Notes under the pieces: model-generated
What the model was told of the DNA's origin: nothing
What the model saw: only the letters and a program-made list of their open reading frames with translations
Databases searched by the model: none
Program-made: the position numbers and the translations under genes
In this document: positions 37,212-44,873 of the stretch, piece by piece
Layout: each line of letters begins with the position of its first letter
Position numbering within the stretch: the first letter of the stretch is position 1
DNA from: a virus
Taxonomy: Duplodnaviria; Caudoviricetes
Length of the DNA stretch: 64,000 nt
Virus record (IMG/VR): IMGVR_UViG_2974508059_000001
Location: 160,001-224,000 of that record
Reading direction: 5' to 3' (one strand)

Positions 37212-38252
37212 ATGACCAAACCTGTAGACTTCGACGACCCTCAGGCAAAAGCTGTACTGCGTGACCTCATCCTTGAGATAAGCGCGATGCAGAACCTGAC
37301 CGGGGACGATAGTGTGCCGCGGTTGCTGAAACGGTTATACCACGATCAGCTCTGCGGTGTAAATCCAGCGGTTTTCGATACCAGCCTGCATGTGGCGGAA
37401 CGCATCGGGGCGTACCTGATTGGTGCGAACGACGTCCGCTTTGGGGTGGCCATGGCAAACCGCTACGGCTTTATGTTAGGGCCGGAAGCTGCACACCGTT
37501 ATGACGTAATGAAATTCCCGGGCGATATTCGTCTGGACTTAATCGGTGAGGTGCGGGATGACTTTATTCGTTACCTGCGCAACATCGGGGGCGTCCCTAA
37601 GAACACCGCCATTACGGTACCCATGGATGGGGTGAATCACCTCAACATCTATTCACGCAGTCGGGTGGTGCTGGGTCGCAAAATCAGTAACTTCTGGCAA
37701 GACGAACAACCCTTTCGCACGCAGCACGGGGAGTTCGCTACCCTCGAAGGGTATTACCACGTACTGCGGTTGATTGACTACGCCTACACTCAGCACGACC
37801 TTGCGTACAGCGTTGAGAGTGACATGTATCTCTTGGACGTCTTGATTCGCCGCTACCCGGGCATCCATCGACTCATCCACATGGACGGGTTGGAAGCCAT
37901 TGCGTACGGTCGCAAGATAAAGTCGGAAGTGTATGGCGGCACCGCGTATAAACCGGGGGCGTTCTCACCCCACATCGAACGTTGCTTTGTTTGGGCCATG
38001 GCGGGTAAGTTCCATCAGGTCAAAATGGGCGACGGGACACCGTGTGGTGTGCGGGTTGCTGAATTGGTTCACGCCCACGTACCGCTGCTGCACTATTATG
38101 TGAAACACGACGGCCCTAAAACGCCGGCGTTTGCAGAATGGTTGCCAAACATCTGCCAATGGTTAGGGGAAAATATCGACCCGTTCGATAACGACTTTGA
38201 CGTGGCGGCTTTACAGCAGAAGGTACTGAGCGAATATGAGCCGATTGGGTAA
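37212..38252 (+). CDS. Protein with NADAR/T4 gp30.3-like domain
   Basis: HLNIYSRS...LGRKISNF...FATLEGYYH resembles LSNF...F.S.E.YY of NADAR proteins. Confidence 0.5.
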   Translation: MTKPVDFDDPQAKAVLRDLILEISAMQNLTGDDSVPRLLKRLYHDQLCGVNPAVFDTSLHVAERIGAYLIGANDVRFGVAMANRYGFMLGPEAAHRYDVMKFPGDIRLDLIGEVRDDFIRYLRNIGGVPKNTAITVPMDGVNHLNIYSRSRVVLGRKISNFWQDEQPFRTQHGEFATLEGYYHVLRLIDYAYTQHDLAYSVESDMYLLDVLIRRYPGIHRLIHMDGLEAIAYGRKIKSEVYGGTAYKPGAFSPHIERCFVWAMAGKFHQVKMGDGTPCGVRVAELVHAHVPLLHYYVKHDGPKTPAFAEWLPNICQWLGENIDPFDNDFDVAALQQKVLSEYEPIG

Positions 38253-38898
38253 TATCCTTGCCGGGATGGAGCGTGACAAAGAGGAGGGCATTCTCAAGGT
38301 CGCGCGTGAATCCGTCTCGGTTGAAAAGGAGCGGGAGTATTGCATGTGGGTGCGTCCAACCGAAGAAGGTTGGGCGTGGTTACAAGCACAAGCAGGTGAG
38401 TATCACCTTGACGTGATGATGCCTATGTTGGGGGGTCGTCGTCGGGTTCGTGTCCATGCGGACAAAGCGGAACTGACGGTGAAGACTTTCCAAGGGCAGG
38501 AGCGCGAAGAGGAGAACTCTGACATCGGGATGAAAAGCGCACTGTCGTTTTACGGGGATGAATTTTTAACCCACCTCGTGAAGCGCGTGACAATTGACCC
38601 AACCGATGAGGTCAAAGCCAGCGGCGGTAAACATTGGGACATTGATGTCTTCTACGTGAGCCAAGGCCATCCTGAAATCCCCGACGTGGACGCACTGAAA
38701 GCCCTGTTCGAGACAGTGGCCCAAGGCACCTCGTTCGGTGACTGGGTGAAAGTTGAACTCGAGGTTGAGCGGTTTGAAATGGAAAGCATCGCGGACGTTA
38801 TCCCGTTTGCAGTTGCTGAGGCAGTACCGTCCAAGCCGTCTTCGCCCGACCTTCAGGAGTTCTTGAGGAACTACTGGGACAACGAAACCCGGCTTTAA
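38236..38898 (+). CDS. CYTH / triphosphate tunnel metalloenzyme
   Basis: EKERE (ExExK-like), RVR, LTVK, REEEN, KR, WDIDVF, VELEV. Confidence 0.75.
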   Translation: MSRLGNILAGMERDKEEGILKVARESVSVEKEREYCMWVRPTEEGWAWLQAQAGEYHLDVMMPMLGGRRRVRVHADKAELTVKTFQGQEREEENSDIGMKSALSFYGDEFLTHLVKRVTIDPTDEVKASGGKHWDIDVFYVSQGHPEIPDVDALKALFETVAQGTSFGDWVKVELEVERFEMESIADVIPFAVAEAVPSKPSSPDLQEFLRNYWDNETRL

Positions 38899-38903
38899 GA
38901 TAG

Positions 38904-38936
38904 TCCCCTACTTCGGTAGGGGATTCTTTATTTTAT
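38904..38936 (+). terminator. Intrinsic terminator
   Basis: TCCCCTAC-TTCG-GTAGGGGA plus T-rich tail. Confidence 0.8.
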
Positions 38937-38956
38937 TCACACCAAGGAAAACCCCC

Positions 38957-39262
38957 ATGAAAGTTGAAGTGCATGCAACCAAGAATGGTATTGAAGTCGT
39001 GTGTCCGACGTCCCGCAAGAACGTCTTTGTGGCCATCGACAGCAGCTGGACAAGCTGGTACAAAGAACTCCAGTCGGAGCTGAATTGTGCTAAGACTCAC
39101 CACGCGGTTTTTATGCTCCCCGAACGCACCCAGTTGCGGGTTATGGTCTATATTGCCAAAGACCGGATACCGCGGGTCTCCACCACACTCCTCGCCAACG
39201 CAGTCGGTATGTTTCTGGCCGAGCACGGCGACGAGAATACCCGGCTTACCATTATCGAGTAA
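38957..39262 (+). CDS. Hypothetical protein
   Basis: AAGGA SD; followed by terminator. Confidence 0.75.
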   Translation: MKVEVHATKNGIEVVCPTSRKNVFVAIDSSWTSWYKELQSELNCAKTHHAVFMLPERTQLRVMVYIAKDRIPRVSTTLLANAVGMFLAEHGDENTRLTIIE

Positions 39263-39267
39263 AAGAC

Positions 39268-39304
39268 AGGCCGCCGTAGGGTGGCCTTCTTTTTTTTTAT
39301 TTTT
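39268..39304 (+). terminator. Intrinsic terminator
   Basis: AGGCCGCC-GTAG-GGTGGCCT plus long T run. Confidence 0.8.
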
Positions 39305-39325
39305 ACAAGTGAGACCTCTGTTATG
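39300..39325 (+). promoter_or_regulatory. Putative middle promoter TTTTAC-N15-TATG
   Basis: TTTTAC AAGTGAGACCTCTGT TATG upstream of the thyA operon. Confidence 0.65.
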
Positions 39326-39359
39326 TCGAAATTCCCCATTTTAAGTAACGGACGTTATA

Positions 39360-39761
39360 ATGAATAAGATTGAATACAAAGACGGCGAAGGTGCCTTCAT
39401 TAACGGCGTATTGATTCCGAACTCCCACAACGGGCATTGGAAAGACGCAGCATTTGCTCTGGCCACCGGTTTCAACATGACCATCACCAACGAGCTGTCT
39501 CTGAACAATTCGCTGGATGCCATCACCAAGGGCGGTTGTTTTCGTATCAACGCAGAAGCGGCGGGTGCGCTGTTACAGAATGCGGACTTCACCAGCGGCA
39601 TGTACGCCTACCGTCAGTTGGGTATTCTGCGTACCCTGTCTGGTAAGCATATCGGGCAAGGGCATCCGCCATCCACTTTCAAGCCGAACTCCATTGTCCT
39701 GGTCAGCTACTTCAGTGACCGCGAAGAGATGTTGGGCTTCAATGTTATCTGGGGTATCTGA
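39360..39761 (+). CDS. Hypothetical protein, family shared with 43929 and 44413
   Basis: MNKIE...AFINGVLIP...FRINAEAAGALLQNADF. Confidence 0.75.
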   Translation: MNKIEYKDGEGAFINGVLIPNSHNGHWKDAAFALATGFNMTITNELSLNNSLDAITKGGCFRINAEAAGALLQNADFTSGMYAYRQLGILRTLSGKHIGQGHPPSTFKPNSIVLVSYFSDREEMLGFNVIWGI

Positions 39762-40336
39762 TGACTGACTTTAATCCCGTAGCCGTTGTTCGCCAAGTCG
39801 AACAGTGGAACGACCGTGCCTTGGTTTACCAGTTCGGTAACATCCGTCAACAAATCACCAAATACTACCGCATGTTGGGCATGGTTGCGGAAGGTGTGCA
39901 GAAGATGGACAGTCTGTTGGTCTCAGCGGGCGTAGGACAGGCTGTAACGACGTTAATAGGTGTCCTCGGGTTCTACTCGCGTAAAACGGACATCCCCGTA
40001 GAAGCCGTTACAGAGGTCGTGCTGCACTCTGCCCTGAATAACATCCCACCGGGCATGAAATACGGCAACGACTATAACACGATTCTGTTTGAGCACAACA
40101 AGGCTATCACCCAGTTGTTCGATGCCCTGCTGGCCAACGAGCAGGAGAAGCAGCGTCAGGACATCGTGTTCTACTCCAAGCTTGCAGAAGCACTGGCGTT
40201 GTTGCTGTCGATTGCCACCGCCAAAGACATCATCGTGACCCGCAGCATTCTGAATGCGGTGAATAAACTCGAAGCGACTGAGGGCGTGATGAACGAACTC
40301 GGTCAGTTTGTCAAAACAGTGACAGGAAACAAATAA
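39761..40336 (+). CDS. MazG-like protein lacking catalytic acidic residues
   Basis: Aligns by eye to the MazG domain of 42538 (QW...Q.TK.Y...G..A.GV.K...GVG; G..N..G.FVK). Confidence 0.55.
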   Translation: MTDFNPVAVVRQVEQWNDRALVYQFGNIRQQITKYYRMLGMVAEGVQKMDSLLVSAGVGQAVTTLIGVLGFYSRKTDIPVEAVTEVVLHSALNNIPPGMKYGNDYNTILFEHNKAITQLFDALLANEQEKQRQDIVFYSKLAEALALLLSIATAKDIIVTRSILNAVNKLEATEGVMNELGQFVKTVTGNK

Positions 40337-41358
40337 TGCGCCAGTATCTTCAATTGATGGAATCCGTCCTCTCTTTCGGTCATGAAAAGAAAGACCGTAC
40401 CGGCACCGGAACGCGCTCCTTGTTCGGGGCCCAGATGCGCTTTGACCTGACCGAAGGCTTCCCACTGGTGACCACGAAAAAGGTTCACCTGCGCTCTATC
40501 ATTCACGAGCTGCTGTGGTTCCTGAAAGGTGATACCAACATCGGTTACCTGAAAGACAACAACGTTTCCATCTGGGATGAGTGGGCTGATGAGAACGGCG
40601 ACCTAGGACCGGTGTACGGCAAGCAGTGGCGGGAGTGGATGGATTACCGTGTCATTGGCGAAGACAACGCAGAGCAAGCGGCGTTGTTGAAGAAAGCAGG
40701 CTACAAGTTCTTCGGTAGTGAAACGGGTGTTGCGTTAGAAGAGCCTGATATCTGGGTCCGTAAAACTGACCAAATCTCCAAGGTCATCGACCAACTGCGC
40801 AACGATCCGGACAATCGCCGCATTATTGTCAGTGCGTGGAACGTAGGTGAGTTGGACCAGATGGCGTTGGCCCCGTGTCATTCTTTCTTCCAGTTCTATA
40901 CGCGCGAGCTGACGCTGTACGAGCGTGCTCTTGCTGCAAAAGAGAAAGGCACCGAAGACTACTACCTGAATCTCAATGAGAAACATCAGGAGCAGCTGCA
41001 TTACGAGTTCGATGAATTGGCTGTTCCCCGTCGCGGTCTATCGTGTCAGTTGTATCAGCGCAGCGCCGATGTCTTCTTGGGCGTACCGTTTAACATCGCC
41101 TCGTATGCTTTACTGACTGAGATGATTGCTCAGCAGGTCAACATGGTGGCCGAAGAGTTCGTCTGGACAGGCGGTGATACGCATCTGTATTCCAACCATC
41201 TGGAGCAGGCACGTCTGCAGTTAACACGTGACCCGCATCCGTTACCGCGTCTGAAAATCAAACGCAAGCCCGACTCTATCTTTGACTACCAGTTCGAAGA
41301 CTTTGAAGTCGAAGGTTACGTTTCACACGACGCTATCAAAGCGCCAGTTGCTATCTAG
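40336..41358 (+). CDS. thyA: Thymidylate synthase
   Basis: [61 protein letters not shown]. Confidence 0.97.
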   Translation: MRQYLQLMESVLSFGHEKKDRTGTGTRSLFGAQMRFDLTEGFPLVTTKKVHLRSIIHELLWFLKGDTNIGYLKDNNVSIWDEWADENGDLGPVYGKQWREWMDYRVIGEDNAEQAALLKKAGYKFFGSETGVALEEPDIWVRKTDQISKVIDQLRNDPDNRRIIVSAWNVGELDQMALAPCHSFFQFYTRELTLYERALAAKEKGTEDYYLNLNEKHQEQLHYEFDELAVPRRGLSCQLYQRSADVFLGVPFNIASYALLTEMIAQQVNMVAEEFVWTGGDTHLYSNHLEQARLQLTRDPHPLPRLKIKRKPDSIFDYQFEDFEVEGYVSHDAIKAPVAI

Positions 41359-41366
41359 GAGGTCAC

Positions 41367-41762
41367 ATGACTATTTGTGCTTACTTCTATTCTTACCCAA
41401 AAACCTCGGTCAGTAGTATTGTGCGCAATGCTTGGGATCACAACAAGCCGATTAGCCACATCGACCATGTCTACGGTGAGGTCGAAAATGACCAAGACAA
41501 AATGGAGTGGTCGGCTCGAACCTCATTCTGTTACGAGGCGCTGAAACTCATTACGCCGAAAGACAAAGAAGGTTGTTATCACGGTGACGAGGAATTCTCT
41601 ATCAGTCGTGAGACACTCATTGCGTTTAAAGCGAATGTCGAACAGCTCGATCAAAAAGACGCGATGGGTGAAGATTGGGTGAAGGTAACACTCTACGAAC
41701 TCCAGCAACTCATCGATACTTTCAACTTCGATGAGAAGTATCTTACCGTCCAGACCGATTAA
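41367..41762 (+). CDS. Hypothetical protein
   Basis: AGGAGG SD. Confidence 0.8.
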   Translation: MTICAYFYSYPKTSVSSIVRNAWDHNKPISHIDHVYGEVENDQDKMEWSARTSFCYEALKLITPKDKEGCYHGDEEFSISRETLIAFKANVEQLDQKDAMGEDWVKVTLYELQQLIDTFNFDEKYLTVQTD

Positions 41763-41785
41763 AAACGTGATTCCGCAGTTCTATG
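41761..41785 (+). promoter_or_regulatory. Putative middle promoter AAAAAC-N15-TATG
   Basis: AAAAAC GTGATTCCGCAGTTC TATG. Confidence 0.55.
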
Positions 41786-41818
41786 CTGAAACACACAACT
41801 GAAAAGAAGGAAAGCGAG

Positions 41819-42010
41819 ATGTCCCAGAAAGAAAGCTCCATGCAGTCTACCATCAACCAGCACAACCAGATGGTTGCGGATGACGCCGACGACAGTTTCG
41901 ACCTGCCGGGTCTGGACGACGCCGAAGCGCGTGTGGCTGAGAAGCGCGATGCCGAAGAAAATCAGGAAGACATTTCTGATGAAGCGGATTGCGAAGGCTG
42001 CAAAATCTAA
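41819..42010 (+). CDS. Acidic peptide with C-terminal CxxC resembling the NrdA redox tail
   Basis: AAGGA SD; ends ...QEDISDEADCEGCKI-stop. Confidence 0.7.
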   Translation: MSQKESSMQSTINQHNQMVADDADDSFDLPGLDDAEARVAEKRDAEENQEDISDEADCEGCKI

Positions 42011-42018
42011 GTAGTGCT

Positions 42019-42050
42019 TGCCCCGCCACGTGCGGGGTATTCTTTTATTA
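42019..42050 (+). terminator. Intrinsic terminator
   Basis: GCCCCGC-CACGT-GCGGGGT then ATTCTTTT. Confidence 0.7.
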
Positions 42051-42065
42051 ACCCAAGGAACTAAG

Positions 42066-42524
42066 ATGTCTACGACTCGAATCAATTACGATTTGGTAGT
42101 GCAAGAACTTACCCGGAACATGTACCCATTAGACCACACCGTTGTCCACGCCTGCAACATGTCTCTTCCACAGAGACTACTTGCCTTTCGCACCGTGCGT
42201 TTCGGCGCAGGACGCCAGCAGGGAATCACGGAGTGGTTGGCAGAAGATTTCGTTCGTAATGAAGGGCACTCTCTGGTACTCCAAACGAGTACCGAACTGC
42301 GGGCCGATTTACGTTACCGTATCCTCGCGAAATCTAATGAGGCAAAGGTCGACTCCGGGATGTTCCTTGCGAGAGATATTCCTGACTATGTCAAACACTT
42401 GAAGTTTAACCGTGTGTATATCGACGACGCGGGGCATTACTTCAACCTGTTCAAATTGAGCAAGGTGTACGAACATCTTGCAACCTGTACAACTGACGAC
42501 GTTATCATCTATCATCTTAATTAA
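42066..42524 (+). CDS. Degenerate P-loop NTPase-like protein
   Basis: GAGRQQGIT (Walker A-like, no Lys), RVYIDDA (Walker B-like). Confidence 0.5.
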   Translation: MSTTRINYDLVVQELTRNMYPLDHTVVHACNMSLPQRLLAFRTVRFGAGRQQGITEWLAEDFVRNEGHSLVLQTSTELRADLRYRILAKSNEAKVDSGMFLARDIPDYVKHLKFNRVYIDDAGHYFNLFKLSKVYEHLATCTTDDVIIYHLN

Positions 42525-42537
42525 GGGCTGACTTCAA

Positions 42538-43920
42538 ATGGGCGAGCAATTTGTTATCCAAGTGCCATACGTTGCACTGTTTAATCCGAACAACTTCCTG
42601 ATGGAAGTCAACGATGCGCTGAAGGTACTGAAAGAGGAAGGGCGTGCGAACATCCTGTTCCGCACTATCCGTTCACTCGACCGCAATGTCGAAACCGGCA
42701 CATGGTACATCGAAGGTGACTTGGCACCGGAAGAGGGCGACGTCGAAGAAGATCCGGAGATGCAGTTTAACCGCATGCGTGACCTCGATAATTACGACTG
42801 CGAACTGAACCTGCCGCTGCTGCACGTTCTGCTGGCCGCACCGTTGTACGATGCACAGAAAAACATCGTGACCCATCCGCGTTATATCCGCCTGTTCCAA
42901 ATTCCTGAGCTGATTCAGAAAATCAAAGGCTGGTCACAAGCGCGCGGCATTCTGGACAACGGCATCTGGTACACCCAAGCCACCAAGATGTACGAAGAAG
43001 ACGGTGAGATTGCCCCGGGTGTGGCCAAGTCCAAACGTAACATGGTTATCGACGGCGTCGGTGACATGATCGTGGTAATGGTTAACCTGCTGGAGCTGAC
43101 GAACTTTAATTCCGAGGCCATTACGGCGATGGTTGCTTCTGTCCGTAAAGAAGCACCGCCTATGGGTAATGCACACTACCTGTACCACAAGCTGCGTATG
43201 TCGAACACGCTGTCCGTCGACTACATGTGGGAAGTCGCTGGCGTGGATTCGCCGAAGCAGTTGACCCGTACGATGTTTGATGAAACACAAATCAAATACG
43301 CTATCGGTCATCTGGGCGACTGTTTGATCTTTGCCAATGCGCTGGCTAATGCGTACGAGTTCACGCTGGAGCAAGCCCTGTCCATGGCGTGGGATGAAAT
43401 CAAAGACCGCACCGGTTTTCTGAACGCAGACGGTGTGTTTGTGAAGGAGTCTGATATGTCTGAAAACGATCGTATCCAACGTGCCCTGAAAGACACCGAA
43501 AAAGCCGGTAACTTTGACGGTGATAATAGCCCTGCGCGCAAACTGGAAGTTGACCTTTCAGGCGAACACGCAACCACGACCGCCCGTGGAATGACCTCAG
43601 CCTTCACGGCGGTTGATGAACTGGGAACTGTCGAGCCACCAACCAAAGAGATCTCTTACTTCCCGGTTGTGCCGACTACTGAACAACTGAGCGCAGCGAC
43701 CGATGCTATTCATGCAACACTCGGCGGTGACTCAGTACAGTTTGTCCGTGTAGGCACCTACTACGGTGGTGACACGTTCTACCCTCGTCCGCACATCCTG
43801 TTTGAATTCACACTCGACGGTCGTCCGGGAACGCGCCATCAGCAGGTTGAAGAAGGCGAGTATTGGGAATTTGCTGACGATGCGGCGTCTTACATCGTGC
43901 GTGAGCCTATCAGCGACTAA
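42538..43920 (+). CDS. MazG-like NTP pyrophosphohydrolase with extra domains
   Basis: KIKGWSQARG...TKMYEEDGEIA...DGVGD; AWDEIKDRTG...GVFVKESD. Confidence 0.8.
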   Translation: MGEQFVIQVPYVALFNPNNFLMEVNDALKVLKEEGRANILFRTIRSLDRNVETGTWYIEGDLAPEEGDVEEDPEMQFNRMRDLDNYDCELNLPLLHVLLAAPLYDAQKNIVTHPRYIRLFQIPELIQKIKGWSQARGILDNGIWYTQATKMYEEDGEIAPGVAKSKRNMVIDGVGDMIVVMVNLLELTNFNSEAITAMVASVRKEAPPMGNAHYLYHKLRMSNTLSVDYMWEVAGVDSPKQLTRTMFDETQIKYAIGHLGDCLIFANALANAYEFTLEQALSMAWDEIKDRTGFLNADGVFVKESDMSENDRIQRALKDTEKAGNFDGDNSPARKLEVDLSGEHATTTARGMTSAFTAVDELGTVEPPTKEISYFPVVPTTEQLSAATDAIHATLGGDSVQFVRVGTYYGGDTFYPRPHILFEFTLDGRPGTRHQQVEEGEYWEFADDAASYIVREPISD

Positions 43921-43928
43921 GGACAGTC

Positions 43929-44426
43929 ATGAACCGTATCGAAGTGATTGATGTCATCCCCGATGACAATGAAATCGAAATCAACGGTAAGGTGATTGGC
44001 TCAGTGAACGACCGCCACGCGATGTTGTGGCGGTACTTCTCGAATGCCGAACACATCTTCATTATCGAGGATGTGAGCCTGACGTTTGATGAAACACCGA
44101 CCGAGCAGATTACCGTTCCGCTTGAAGAATCAATGCTGCGTAAACTCATTGCGTGTGCCGACTACCGTAACGAAGACAATGACCCGAACAGTCTGTGGGA
44201 TGAAATTGACCCCTCACTGCCAAAGGAAATTGGTCTGCGGGCGGTCGAAACCATCAAGCTCGATTCCATGTGGTTGGACTGCAACAGCAAGATTCCGGTG
44301 TGTACGCCCATTCTGGTTATCCACGTCGACCGTGACGAAGTAGACATGCCGGTGCTCTGCATCAGCTACCTGATTCTGCGCCACCCTGACGATCGTGAAA
44401 TAGGAGACAACATTGACCGAACTTAA
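43929..44426 (+). CDS. Hypothetical protein, family shared with 39360
   Basis: MNRIE...IEINGKVI...VPLEESMLRKLIACADY. Confidence 0.75.
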   Translation: MNRIEVIDVIPDDNEIEINGKVIGSVNDRHAMLWRYFSNAEHIFIIEDVSLTFDETPTEQITVPLEESMLRKLIACADYRNEDNDPNSLWDEIDPSLPKEIGLRAVETIKLDSMWLDCNSKIPVCTPILVIHVDRDEVDMPVLCISYLILRHPDDREIGDNIDRT

Positions 44427-44823
44427 TCGCATCCATCGGGATGAAAACAGTAACGTCTTCATCAACAACAAGCCTGTGCCGTTCAATCTCGGTATTGCGG
44501 ATTGGGTGTGGGATATGTTTGTGCCGAAGGCGAAGAACGGGTTTGAGATTGTGTTTGTTGACCAGCCCCATGCGGTCGGTCCGTGGGCACGTATCGGCAA
44601 TCCTCGCTTCTTTGAAATTGATGAGCAGCAGGCCGGTTTCTTACTGCGCGAATGTCAGTTCCGGGGTCACTGCACTGACGGTAAAAATGCGCTGGCGGTG
44701 TCACAAGAGCTGGGCATGGAAATCCCCTACCTGAACGTGCCTGTGAAGGAAGCGGACCACAACGCCATGATTGTCTGGTACAGCAGCGGTGCATGGCAAA
44801 TCGTGACCTGTGACCAACCCTAA
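44413..44823 (+). CDS. Hypothetical protein, family shared with 39360
   Basis: AGGAG SD, TTG start; LNRI...VFINNKPVP...FEIDEQQAGFLLRECQF. Confidence 0.75.
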   Translation: MTELNRIHRDENSNVFINNKPVPFNLGIADWVWDMFVPKAKNGFEIVFVDQPHAVGPWARIGNPRFFEIDEQQAGFLLRECQFRGHCTDGKNALAVSQELGMEIPYLNVPVKEADHNAMIVWYSSGAWQIVTCDQP

Positions 44824-44825
44824 AC

Positions 44826-44873
44826 AAATAAAAGTAACCCACTCCCGTAAAGGAGTGGGTACTTCTTTTTTTG
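44826..44873. terminator. Bidirectional terminator
   Basis: ACCCACTCC-CGTAAA-GGAGTGGGT with A-rich and T-rich flanks. Confidence 0.85.

Noticed and set aside
40336-41358. ThyA as a dCMP/dUMP hydroxymethylase for modified DNA
   Set aside because: Close match to canonical ThyA motifs including the Asn of PFN; no modification cluster recognised nearby
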